Source: an uncultured delta proteobacterium (GTDB lineage: Bacteria; Desulfobacterota; RBG-13-43-22). Taken from it: a DNA stretch of 64,000 bases. A program made the translations under genes and the position numbers. Below are positions 40,188 to 49,506 of the stretch, one piece after another. Location: positions 18,082-82,081 of the forward strand of contig CAWJJC010000015.1 of assembly GCA_963843145.1 (NCBI GenBank). The letters are read 5' to 3'. The notes under the pieces were generated by a model that had not been told where the DNA came from, made no database searches, and worked only from the letters and a program-made list of their open reading frames with translations. Every line of letters starts with the position of its first letter. Within the stretch, counting starts at the first letter, position 1.

Positions 40188-41990
40188 ATGAGAGATAATG
40201 AAAAGACCAAAGCCCAACTGATCGAGGATTTGAATGGTCTGCGCTTGAGAGTTACTGAACTGGAAAAGTTTGAAATCGAGCACAAGCAGACCGAAGGAGC
40301 TATTAAGAATTTAGCGAAGTTTCCCTCCGAAAACCCTAATGCTGTACTACGTTTGAGTCAAGAGGGCATTGTCCTGTATGCTAACGAAGCCAGTAAGGCC
40401 CTGCTCCGAGATTGGCAGTGTGAGGTGGGCGGCTATGCTCCTGCATTTTGGCACAATTTAGTTATTGAGGCCTTCAAAGATCAATCTCCGAAAACCGTTG
40501 ATGTCCAATTTGGTGATAAGTTTTATATGTTTGATATCGCCCCTGTCCCCCATACCAACTATGCCAACCTTTATGGTCGTGACAACACCGAACGCCAACG
40601 AGCGGAAGATGAAAATAGGCGAAACGAGGCACGGCTGGAAAGCTTCCTGAAGATATCCCAGTATCGCGCCGACTCGACTCAAGAGCTTCTGGATTTCGCC
40701 CTTGAAGAAGCCATTGCCCTCACAAACAGCAAGATCGGCTATGTTTACTTCTATGACGAGACCAAGAAAGAGTTTATTCTCAACACCTGGTCCAAAGAGG
40801 TCATGAACCAGTGCACCATTGCCGAGCCACAAACTCTCTATCACCTCGATAAAACCGGGATCTGGGGAGAGGCCGTGCGGCAGGGTACACCGATCATTCT
40901 CAATGATTTCCAGGCAACACATCCATTAAAAAAAGGATACCCTGACGGCCATGCGCCCCTCTACAAGTATTTGACCGTTCCCGTCTTTTCCGATGACCGC
41001 ATCGTGGGAGTTGTCGGCGTGGCCAATAAAGAAACGGACTATAACCCCTCCGATGTGCGCCAGCTCACCTTGCTCATGGACTCGGTCTGGAAAATCTTCG
41101 AACGCAAGCGGACCGAGGAGGCACTGCGCGAAAGTGAGCAGCGCTACCGCAGTTTGTTTGAGTCGATGGACGAGGGATTCGCCCTTTGTGAGATGGTCTA
41201 TGACGTAGTGAGGGCAAGCCCATAGACTTCCGTTACCTGGTCGTCAACCCCGCTTTCGGCAAGCTGACCGGCCTACCGGTCGATCAAGTCGTAGGACGAA
41301 CGGTGAAGGAAGTGATCCCGGGAATTGAGTCTTTCTGGATTGAGTCTTTCGACTGCGTGGTGCAGAGCGGTCGGGATGAAAGGTTTTCCAACCCCGTCGC
41401 GGAACTGGAGAAAGGAATATGAAGCCTACGCCTGGCGCTCGGATGTCGGGCGGTTCGCGGTTGTCTTCAGCGACGTAACGGAGCGCAAAAGGGCCGAGGA
41501 AGCTCTCAAGGCATTGTCTCTTAAAGATGAACTGACCGGCCTGTATAACCGCCGGGGTTTCTTTACTTTGGCCGAACAGGGCTTGAAGGCGGCCCAACGG
41601 ATGGGAATAGAAATGCTGGCCATTTTCGGAGACTTGGATAATCTGAAAAATATTAATGATACCTTCGGCCATAAAGAAGGCGACCAAGCCTTGGTATATA
41701 CCTCACAGATACTTAAAGAAACCTTTCGGGAATCGGATATCATCGCCCGCATAGGGGGGGATGAATTCATCATCCTGGCCATGAACAGTTTTAAGACCTC
41801 GGCCGAGAAACTGATCAACCGCTTCGAGCAGGCCTTGAATGACCATCCTCTCCAAAAAAAAGGCCCCTATAAAATCTCTCTAAGCTTAGGTATTGCCTGT
41901 TTTGATCCCCAAAACCCTTGTTCCTTAGATGTCCTGCTGGCCGAGGCCGATAAGATGATGTATCAGAATAAACAAAAGAAGAGTAGATAG
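40188..41990 (+). pseudogene. Second, frameshifted copy of the diguanylate cyclase
   Basis: Near-identical to 35473-37275, with indels around 41210-41410. Confidence 0.85.
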
Positions 41991-42101
41991 GGGCAGGATT
42001 TATGCCCTGTTTTTTCATTTATCCCAAAGAAAATACTTATTAAAACCTACATTGGCGCATCTCCGGCCTACTGACCGGCGATCGGATTGACAGGACTTCT
42101 G

Positions 42102-42372
42102 TCACTGGACGGTCTCGCACCTGGGAAAGTCGGTGTAGCCGACTTCGTCAAACGAGTACCAGACCTTCATGTCCGCCGGCGGATTTAAAGGCCAGCCGTT
42201 GACCAGCCGCTCGGCTAGATCCGGATTGCTGATGAAGGGCCGGCCGAAAGAGATCAAATCCGCCTGGCCGCTCTGAATTGCCGCCTCCGCGGTTTCCTTG
42301 GTGTACCCACAATTCCCCATGAGCGGCCCCTCAAATACCTCCCGGAATTCACCCAGGGTCATGGGCGCCCCG
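42102..42372 (-). pseudogene. Duplicated 3' end of the OYE/alkene reductase gene
   Basis: 42122-42372 matches 49511-49761 with scattered substitutions and a different tail. Confidence 0.9.
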
Positions 42373-42389
42373 TAGATGTAGATGGGACG

Positions 42390-44153
42390 CGTAATATGGG
42401 ACATCCTATAATCATCCTGTCAAGAGGAAATATTTCATTTTGAGAAAAATAACGATTTTGATGGGATAGGATTTGGGCTCATTTTTTGAACGCACCTCCC
42501 CTTATACGCCTGACGCAGACGTGATTTATAATGATATCCCCAGTGCTCACCAACCGCGAACTTTAAACCTCAGCGTTATCAGTATCCGGCATCCCGTCCT
42601 GGACAGGCGCCCATCATCCCTTATCCAGGTTTTAAAGTTTAGTGAGCGGCCCTGATTGTCCCCCTCGAGGTCCATAAAAGGCCTCTACGTTGGTGCCTCG
42701 GGCTCGCTAAAGGGAATTAAGAGTTTTCTGCTTACTCTGGATTCAGATATCGCGGATTATAGGGCTCCTTTTTCTTCATGATCGTCCAAGCGATGATCAA
42801 GAACTTGGCCGACAGCTTGACCCACCGTTTGGTTTTGATCCCGGCTTCTTTGGCCCGCCCCTGCAATTGATCCGTGTAATGTTCGATCCAGGGTCGATGG
42901 CGGGTGGAGGCGATAAAGGCTGCCTGGTATAAGGCATAGCGCAGATCGGCTTTTCCTTTTTTGGAAATGACCGGGATCGCCGTATCCGAGGGTTTCCCGC
43001 TCCGCTCGGCGCCCAGATCCAAGCCGGCCATCTTGAGCACCTGCTTCCGGTTTTGAAAACGGAAGGGATTGCCCAGGGCGCCGATCACCTTGGCCGAAAC
43101 GTCCGGGCCAAAGCCGGGGATGGTCAGCAGATACCCATATTCCGGAAACTGCCGGCAGGTCTCCCGGATCTGTTCGTCGGTCTTCTTAATGGTCTCCCGG
43201 AGTTGCCGCAACCCGTCCACCATCACCTCGGCCTCGAAGTGGGCCCCTTCCCCCATCTCGCAACCGATGGAGTCGATGGCCAGTTGCTGGATGGTCTTTA
43301 AGCGCTGGTGCTGGGCCAGGGTCTTTCGCCCGGGCACTACCCGCTGGACGAATTGACCGAACTCCAAACCGGCCAGTTCGGAAGTATCCAGGCACCAGCG
43401 GACAATCGCTTCCACCTCCGGCCGCCCGCTAAAACGATCCAATTCGGGGAAATACTGCGCTAAGAGGTGGTTCCGGATACGCACCCGATAGCTGTGTTCC
43501 TGCTTCTTCAGCTTCTTTTTCAGCGACAGCAGGGTGCGCAGATCCCGGAGCCCCATCTCCGGGTACTCGTAGTACAGGCATTTTCCCTGGGAGATCAGGT
43601 CGGCGATATTGGCCGCGTCTTTGCTATCGTGTTTGTCCCAGCGCCCGTCCAAAAGCTCCCGGTTGCGCTTGACCGCTACCCCGGAAACCAGGACCACCAT
43701 CCGGCCGCATTTAATCAAATGCTCTCCCAGCGGCTTGTGATAGTTGGCCGTGGGTTCCAGGCCAAAGACTGCCTTCGGCAGACCCTGGGCCACCTGGACG
43801 GCCCTGACCTGGGTCAGCAACTTCTCAAATCCCTCGATGGTATTGTCAAAGATCAATCGTTTGAAAAGCGTCTTCCCGGTGGCCGTGCCCAAGAAGGCAT
43901 GGTGTTTTTCCTTGGCCACGTCGATCCCGACGATCAGATGGTCCTTCGATCCCCGGATCTCTTTCTTGAGTTGACGAAATTCCTTGAGCCTGGTATCCTC
44001 TACTTCGTTCATTGAACACCTCCTGTTTGAGAGTTGAAGTTTGGTGGAACTTACTTTTTCTCTTAACAGGAGGTTTTTTATTTGGGAAGATTATATGAAT
44101 TTTTTTTCTGGCGCAGGCTCTGGAGCCTATTCCAAATTCTGGGAATATATAAC
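42390..44153 (-). mobile_element. IS110-family element copy A
   Basis: Reverse-complement match to copy B across both non-coding ends. Confidence 0.85.
42732..44012 (-). CDS. IS110-family DEDD recombinase/transposase
   Basis: VGIDVAK, EPT, KHDSKDA, TIPGFG, SG, SKKG...LRYALY. Confidence 0.93.
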   Translation of the reverse strand: MNEVEDTRLKEFRQLKKEIRGSKDHLIVGIDVAKEKHHAFLGTATGKTLFKRLIFDNTIEGFEKLLTQVRAVQVAQGLPKAVFGLEPTANYHKPLGEHLIKCGRMVVLVSGVAVKRNRELLDGRWDKHDSKDAANIADLISQGKCLYYEYPEMGLRDLRTLLSLKKKLKKQEHSYRVRIRNHLLAQYFPELDRFSGRPEVEAIVRWCLDTSELAGLEFGQFVQRVVPGRKTLAQHQRLKTIQQLAIDSIGCEMGEGAHFEAEVMVDGLRQLRETIKKTDEQIRETCRQFPEYGYLLTIPGFGPDVSAKVIGALGNPFRFQNRKQVLKMAGLDLGAERSGKPSDTAIPVISKKGKADLRYALYQAAFIASTRHRPWIEHYTDQLQGRAKEAGIKTKRWVKLSAKFLIIAWTIMKKKEPYNPRYLNPE

Positions 44154-45217
44154 GTTGGTTCTAGATTGCATATTTCTGAAGGCAGAGGTCAGGCATTTCC
44201 GGAGAGTTTGCCAACCGGGTAACGGATGAGGTCGTTGTTCCTAAGTAGCGCGCTACTTCCGCCCCTGAATATCCCCATCTCTTGACCGCCAGTTGACAGA
44301 AAAGTCTTCGGGTCTTTACTACCTTGGCGGCACGGCTTCCGGACCGAACCAAATCCCAATCGGTTCCTTCCGACCGGGAAACCCGGGAGGCCAGTGTCCC
44401 CAGTTCAACCTTCCGAGCTTTGAGCCGGAGAGTTTCCTCTAACCGTTTCTCCGCCTGGGACATGACCTCCTCAATGAACTCGCCGCTCCCCAAAATCCGC
44501 TCATCCGAGGCCATCCGCAGTTCATGCCGCCGCAGAGACAGCACTTGCGACCAACCTCCGGCGCTGCGGATCAAACCCCCGCCAACTAAGTCAGGCCGCC
44601 GACCCATCGGGATCCCGTCGGCCACAAATCCCTCATATTCCGCTCGCGCCTTCCGCAATTTCGGACTAAAAATGGAAAGGATCGATTCGGTCTCCTGCCA
44701 GTCCCGCCCTACTTTCCCCATCAAAACCGAATGCCCGCTCCAAGGGTATTCCTTTAATTTAGGCAAATCAGCCACCACTCCCCCCCGCAGAGGATTGAGA
44801 TGAATGTAGCGCGTTAACTCCAAAAGGTAGGCCTCTTCTTCGCACACGATGGATTTATAGCGATTCTGGAAAAGGTGACCAAACCGTTTATGCCGTCGGT
44901 TGAAGTTTACTACATACCCGGTCATCAATTTTCTCATATTCGTGGAGAGAGGCTGAAGACCGGTACGTACCAATAAATGCATATGATTGGGCATCAGCGC
45001 CCAGGCATAGACCACCCACGCCCCGGCGCGAGCCCTTTCCTCCAGACGGAACAGGAAATCCTCCCGGTCTTTATGATTTCGAAAGATTTTGGTTCTTTCT
45101 ATCCCTCCGGCCATGACATGGTGCAGAACCCCCGGTGCGTCTAATCGAGCTTGTCTGGGCATATTCAGAATTTATTACACTTCCCCTACTCTGTCAATGC
45201 AATCTAGAACCAACGTT
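44151..45217 (-). mobile_element. Y1/RAYT-like element copy 2 with perfect 20-bp inverted repeats
   Basis: aacgttggttctagattgca (44151-44170) / tgcaatctagaaccaacgtt (45198-45217). Confidence 0.85.
44161..45162 (-). CDS. HUH Y1 transposase (RAYT type), copy 2
   Basis: Identical to copy 1 except R19G (MARG to MAGG). Confidence 0.92.
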   Translation of the reverse strand: MPRQARLDAPGVLHHVMAGGIERTKIFRNHKDREDFLFRLEERARAGAWVVYAWALMPNHMHLLVRTGLQPLSTNMRKLMTGYVVNFNRRHKRFGHLFQNRYKSIVCEEEAYLLELTRYIHLNPLRGGVVADLPKLKEYPWSGHSVLMGKVGRDWQETESILSIFSPKLRKARAEYEGFVADGIPMGRRPDLVGGGLIRSAGGWSQVLSLRRHELRMASDERILGSGEFIEEVMSQAEKRLEETLRLKARKVELGTLASRVSRSEGTDWDLVRSGSRAAKVVKTRRLFCQLAVKRWGYSGAEVARYLGTTTSSVTRLANSPEMPDLCLQKYAI

Positions 45218-45355
45218 ATATATTCCCAGAATTTGGAATAGGCTCCCGAGCCTGCGCCAGAAAAAAAATTCATATAATCTTCCCAAATAAAAAACCTCCT
45301 GTTAAGAGAAAAAGTAAGCATCACCAAACTTCAACTCTTAAACAGGAGGTGTTCA

Positions 45356-46636
45356 ATGAACGAAGAAGAGGATATCAGGCTCAAGGAATTCCGTCAACTC
45401 AAGAAAGAGATCCGGGGATCGAAGGACCATCTGATCGTCGGGATCGACGTGGCCAAGGAAAAACACCATGCCTTCTTTGGCACGGCTACCGGGAAGACGT
45501 TTTTCAAACGATTGATCTTTGACAATACGATCGAGGGCTTTGAGAAGTTGCTGACTCAGGTCAGGGCCGTCCAGGTGGCCCAGGATCTGCCGAAGGCAGT
45601 CTTTGGTTTGGAACCCACGGCCAACTATCACAAACCGTTGGGAGAGCATTTGATTAAATGCGGCCGGATGGTGGTCTTGGTTTCCGGAGTAGCGGTCAAG
45701 CGCAACCGGGAGCTACTGGACGGGCGCTGGGACAAACACGATAGCAAAGACGCGGCCAATATCGCCGACCTGATCTCCCAGGGAAAATGCCTGTACTACG
45801 AGTACCCGGAGATAGGGCTCCGGGATCTGCGCACGCTGCTGTCGCTGAAGAAGAAGCTGAAGAAGCAGGAGCACAGCTATCGGGTGCGTATTCGGAACCA
45901 CCTCTTAGCGCAGTATTTCCCCGAATTGGATCGTTTTAGTGGGCGGCCAGAGGTGGAAGCGATTGTCCGCTGGTGCTTGGATACTTCCGAACTGGCCGGT
46001 TTGGAGTTCGGGCAATTCGTTCAACGGGTAGTGCCCGGGCGAAAGACCCTGGTCCAGCAGCGACGCTTGAAGACCATCCAGCAACTGGCCATCGACTCCA
46101 TCGGTTGCGAGATGGGGGAAGGGGCCCACTTCGAGGCCGAGGTGATGGTGGACGGGTTGCGGCAACTCCGGGAGACCATTAAGACGACCGACGAGCGGAT
46201 CCGGGAGACGTGCCGGCAGTTTCCGGAATATGGGTATCTGCTGACCATCCCCGGCTTTGGCCCGGACGTTTCGGCCAAGGTGATCGGCGCGATGGGTAAT
46301 CCCTTCCGTTTTCAAAACCGGAAGCAGGTACTCAAGATGGCCGGCTTGGATCTGGGCGCCGAGCGGAGCGGGAAACCCTCGGATACGGTGATCCCGGTTA
46401 TTTCCAAAAAAGGAAAAGCCGATCTGCGCTATGCCTTATACCAGGCAGCCTTCATCGCCTCCACCCGTTATCGACCTTGGATCGAAAAATACACCGATCA
46501 ATTGCAGGGGCGGGCCAAAGAACCCGGGATCAGAACCAAACGGTGGGTCAAGCTGTCGGCCAAGTTCTTGATCATCGCTTGGACGATCATGAAGAAAAAG
46601 GAGCCCTATAACCCGCGATATCTGAATCCGGAGTAA
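45356..46636 (+). CDS. IS110-family DEDD recombinase/transposase, copy B
   Basis: Same motifs as copy A, slightly diverged. Confidence 0.93.
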   Translation: MNEEEDIRLKEFRQLKKEIRGSKDHLIVGIDVAKEKHHAFFGTATGKTFFKRLIFDNTIEGFEKLLTQVRAVQVAQDLPKAVFGLEPTANYHKPLGEHLIKCGRMVVLVSGVAVKRNRELLDGRWDKHDSKDAANIADLISQGKCLYYEYPEIGLRDLRTLLSLKKKLKKQEHSYRVRIRNHLLAQYFPELDRFSGRPEVEAIVRWCLDTSELAGLEFGQFVQRVVPGRKTLVQQRRLKTIQQLAIDSIGCEMGEGAHFEAEVMVDGLRQLRETIKTTDERIRETCRQFPEYGYLLTIPGFGPDVSAKVIGAMGNPFRFQNRKQVLKMAGLDLGAERSGKPSDTVIPVISKKGKADLRYALYQAAFIASTRYRPWIEKYTDQLQGRAKEPGIRTKRWVKLSAKFLIIAWTIMKKKEPYNPRYLNPE

Positions 46637-46649
46637 GCAGAAAACTCAT

Positions 46650-46880
46650 AATTCCCTTTAGCGAGCCCGAGGCACCAACGTGGAGGCCTTTTAAGGACCT
46701 CGTGCGGGACAATCAGGGCCGCTCACTAAACTTTAAAACCTGGATAAGGGATGATGGGCGCCTGTCTCAGGACGGGATGCCGGATACTGATAACGCTGAG
46801 GTTTAAAGTTCGCGGTTGGTGGGCACTGGGGAAGCTATATAAATCACGTCTGCCCGTCAGGCGAACAGGGGAGGTATGTC
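46650..46880 (+). ncRNA. Candidate IS110 bridge/seek RNA (mirror copy at ~42490-42720, minus strand)
   Basis: Conserved between copies; stem-loops gcccga..tcagggc and aactttaaaacct..aggtttaaagtt; loop segments ACCAACGT and GGGAC match the target. Confidence 0.6.
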
Positions 46881-46982
46881 CAAAAAAGAGCCCAAATCCT
46901 ATCTCCCTATATTCATTATTTTTCTTGGATGAGCTACTTTTTCTCTTGACCGGATGGTTATAGGATGTCCCATATTACGTAT

Positions 46983-47045
46983 TACGAAAACATGCTGGCC
47001 CACGGTATTTCCTGCCAGGTGCGCGTGGAGAAATACGGTCGTTGA
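46983..47045 (+). pseudogene. Duplicated last 20 codons of the second hisD-like gene
   Basis: Encodes YENMLAHGISCQVRVEKYGR*, identical to 14493-14555, with 8 synonymous changes and a different stop codon. Confidence 0.9.
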
Positions 47046-47310
47046 TCCTCGTGCCGGGAACCTGAGGCTCAAGATCTCGTTGAGGGAACGAACCATGGCG
47101 ATCATCCCGGAAGGGGCCAAACCGGGGCTGGCGCTTTTACGGACAAGAACGTCCGGTATTCGCCTTTCCTCCATCGGCGATAAAATTTCCTATGTATTGC
47201 CCCCCCAATGGGTTAAAATTCAAGGCAGTTAAAGGCCGGAGATATAGCGTAACCCTTCTTCCAAGACGGCAACCATTCTATTAGGGGACAACTCGATGGG
47301 AGATTTATGG

Positions 47311-47345
47311 AAACCCCGTTTCTCGGAAGAGAGGTGGGGTTTTTA
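47311..47345 (+). terminator. Probable rho-independent terminator
   Basis: aaaccccgtttctc-ggaa-gagaggtggggttttt. Confidence 0.6.
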
Positions 47346-47427
47346 TTTATATCCAGGTACACCGTTGAGGGGCTTTTAAACCCTAAGCTCCCCGCTCGGC
47401 CAATCGTAGATTGCTGGAGAACACCCT

Positions 47428-49506
47428 ATGCTTTCTTTTGATATTTTTTCTCACATCCGGGAATACCTGGCCAAACCTTCCCTGGGAGAAAAGGACCGAT
47501 TGCTGCGTCAGATGCGGTGGCTGGTGGAATCCGGCCCACCGGACAGGGAGGAATTTGAGGTCTTTCGGCTCCAGAAAGGTTCGGGGGAAACCCTGAAGGA
47601 GAATCCAGAGAGGGAAGCCTTGTTGCTTCTGCTGGTCGGGTATAACCGAATGGCGGGATATGACCACCCGGGGGCGGAGGAGGCCTTTGAAAAAGTGATC
47701 CCCCAAAACGTCGGAGAACAGCATCCCCCCCTCCTCTATCTCAACTGCTGTGCCGGTCTGGGCCTGGCCCTGGGTCTCTCGGAACGGGGCCTGAACTTCC
47801 AGGCTTTGCAGAAGATAGAAAGTTTGAAACCCCTGCTGGATACGCTGGACCTGCCGGCCCTGAACGGAGAGGCTCGACACCTCCGGGCCCTGGCGCTTCG
47901 CCATCTGGGCCGGAACCTGGAGGCCCTGGCGGAACTAAACCAGGCCATCGGGCTTTTTCAACAGACAGCCAATGAACAGTGGGTGGCCCAGGTCGAGGAT
48001 GCCCTGGGCCTCGCCTCCCTTGATCTGGGGCAGATGGACCAGGCGGAGCTTCATTTTCAAAGGGCCCTGGCCCGAAAGACTCGTCTGGGCGATCTTCACG
48101 GCCGGGCCTACACCCTGGGGAACTTGGGCCGCTATTACGCCAGCCAGGAGCGGGACGACCTGGCCGCTCATTATCTCCAAAGGGAACTGGAGCTTTGTGA
48201 AGAGCTGGGACATCTAAAGGGAAGAATGGTTTCCCTGCAGGGGTTGGCCCGGATCGCCTGGAGGGCCGGGCAATGGAGCCGGGCCAAGGATTATCTGAAG
48301 CGGGTGGAGGGGCTGGTCCGGCAGGTGGGCAGTCGCTTTACCGAGGCCTGCCTGTCCCTCACCCGAGTCGACTATCACCTGGCCCGAGGGGAATGGGATC
48401 AGGCCGAGCCCCTTCATCAGAAGGCCCGTACTCTTTTCGGTCCGCAACCCGGGGATCTGATCCAGGCCCAACTGGAGCTTCAGACCGCCCAGATAGCCGC
48501 CAGCCGAGGGGATCCGATCCAGGCCGAAGAAAAATTTATCCAAGCCCGGGAGATCTTCCGGCAGCTTAATAGGCCCTCCTTCATGGCCCGGGTTGAGTTC
48601 GACTGGGGGGTGTGGCTGGCCCGGGAAGACCGGCTGGATGAGGCGGCCCCGCACATCGTCCAGGCCATCAGCCAGGCCCGGTCCTTTGAGGCCGATAAGA
48701 TGGCCGCCCGCTTTGCCTCTGCCTGTCAGTCCATAGGGACCGATCACTGGCTTCAGGCCCTTTGCAAGGCCAAGGAGATGTCGGAGGCCTTGGCCGCCGA
48801 GAAAGCCCGATTTTGTAGGATGGCCGAGACGATGGTTCACGATCTAAAAAATAAGATGGTCACCCTGAACTTGGCCCTGAAACGGGCCGAGACCAAAAAG
48901 GAAAAAGGAGGGGATTTCTGGAGGTATGTGGCCATGGTCCAGGGCCAGGGCCTCTACATGGAGAGCTTACTGAAAAGCTATCTCCAGGGGCTACGGGAGG
49001 AGGAGGGTCAATGCCTGGATGCAAGCCAGGACGTGGACCTGGACCCTATTTTCGGAGAAATGCGGCTGGCTTTTTCCGTCCCCCTGGATGAGAAAAACCT
49101 GGAGCTCATTGTAAATTCCCAACCCGGGGGAATACAGGTAAAGTCTAATGACCTCTTTTTGCGCCTGATCTTGTTCAACCTGCTGGACAATGCCATCAAA
49201 TATACCCCCAAAGGGCGGGGCGCCATTCGTCTCGAGGCTTTGGAAGAAGGAGGGGTTGGTAAGATATTCGTTATCGACCCGGGCGACGGCATCCCGGAAA
49301 ACCTGCAGGAAAGGATCTTTCAAAAATGGGGTCGGGTGGAAGGGCAGGAGGTTTCCTATTCCACCGGCCTGGGACTATTCCATACCAAGATGATGGTGGA
49401 GGCTTTCGGGGGGCAAATCGGAGTTAGCAGCACCGTGGGCCACGGCAGCACCTTTTGGTTTGCTTTGCCATCAGCGAAGAAAACCAATACGAGCAAGGAG
49501 CGCTAA
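47428..49506 (+). CDS. Cytoplasmic TPR-repeat histidine kinase
   Basis: TPR helices, VHDLKN H-box, NLLDNAIKY, DPGDGI, TGLGL, GSTFWF. Confidence 0.88.
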   Translation: MLSFDIFSHIREYLAKPSLGEKDRLLRQMRWLVESGPPDREEFEVFRLQKGSGETLKENPEREALLLLLVGYNRMAGYDHPGAEEAFEKVIPQNVGEQHPPLLYLNCCAGLGLALGLSERGLNFQALQKIESLKPLLDTLDLPALNGEARHLRALALRHLGRNLEALAELNQAIGLFQQTANEQWVAQVEDALGLASLDLGQMDQAELHFQRALARKTRLGDLHGRAYTLGNLGRYYASQERDDLAAHYLQRELELCEELGHLKGRMVSLQGLARIAWRAGQWSRAKDYLKRVEGLVRQVGSRFTEACLSLTRVDYHLARGEWDQAEPLHQKARTLFGPQPGDLIQAQLELQTAQIAASRGDPIQAEEKFIQAREIFRQLNRPSFMARVEFDWGVWLAREDRLDEAAPHIVQAISQARSFEADKMAARFASACQSIGTDHWLQALCKAKEMSEALAAEKARFCRMAETMVHDLKNKMVTLNLALKRAETKKEKGGDFWRYVAMVQGQGLYMESLLKSYLQGLREEEGQCLDASQDVDLDPIFGEMRLAFSVPLDEKNLELIVNSQPGGIQVKSNDLFLRLILFNLLDNAIKYTPKGRGAIRLEALEEGGVGKIFVIDPGDGIPENLQERIFQKWGRVEGQEVSYSTGLGLFHTKMMVEAFGGQIGVSSTVGHGSTFWFALPSAKKTNTSKER

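Larger units (their letters stand above)
45215..46979 (+). mobile_element. IS110-family element copy B
   Basis: About 140-bp upstream and 340-bp downstream non-coding ends; ends ...catattacg. Confidence 0.85.

Noticed and set aside
2920-41410. Programmed frameshifting or phase variation in the Tm-1, kinase, FG-GAP, beta-helix and cyclase genes
   Set aside because: Scattered single-base indels without consistent slippery sites are more simply explained by sequencing error or decay; reads are needed to decide.
14556-46982. Prophage or integrase-type island with classical attL/attR
   Set aside because: No tyrosine/serine integrase or phage genes, and the duplicated ends are diverged and interleaved with a second duplicated gene end.
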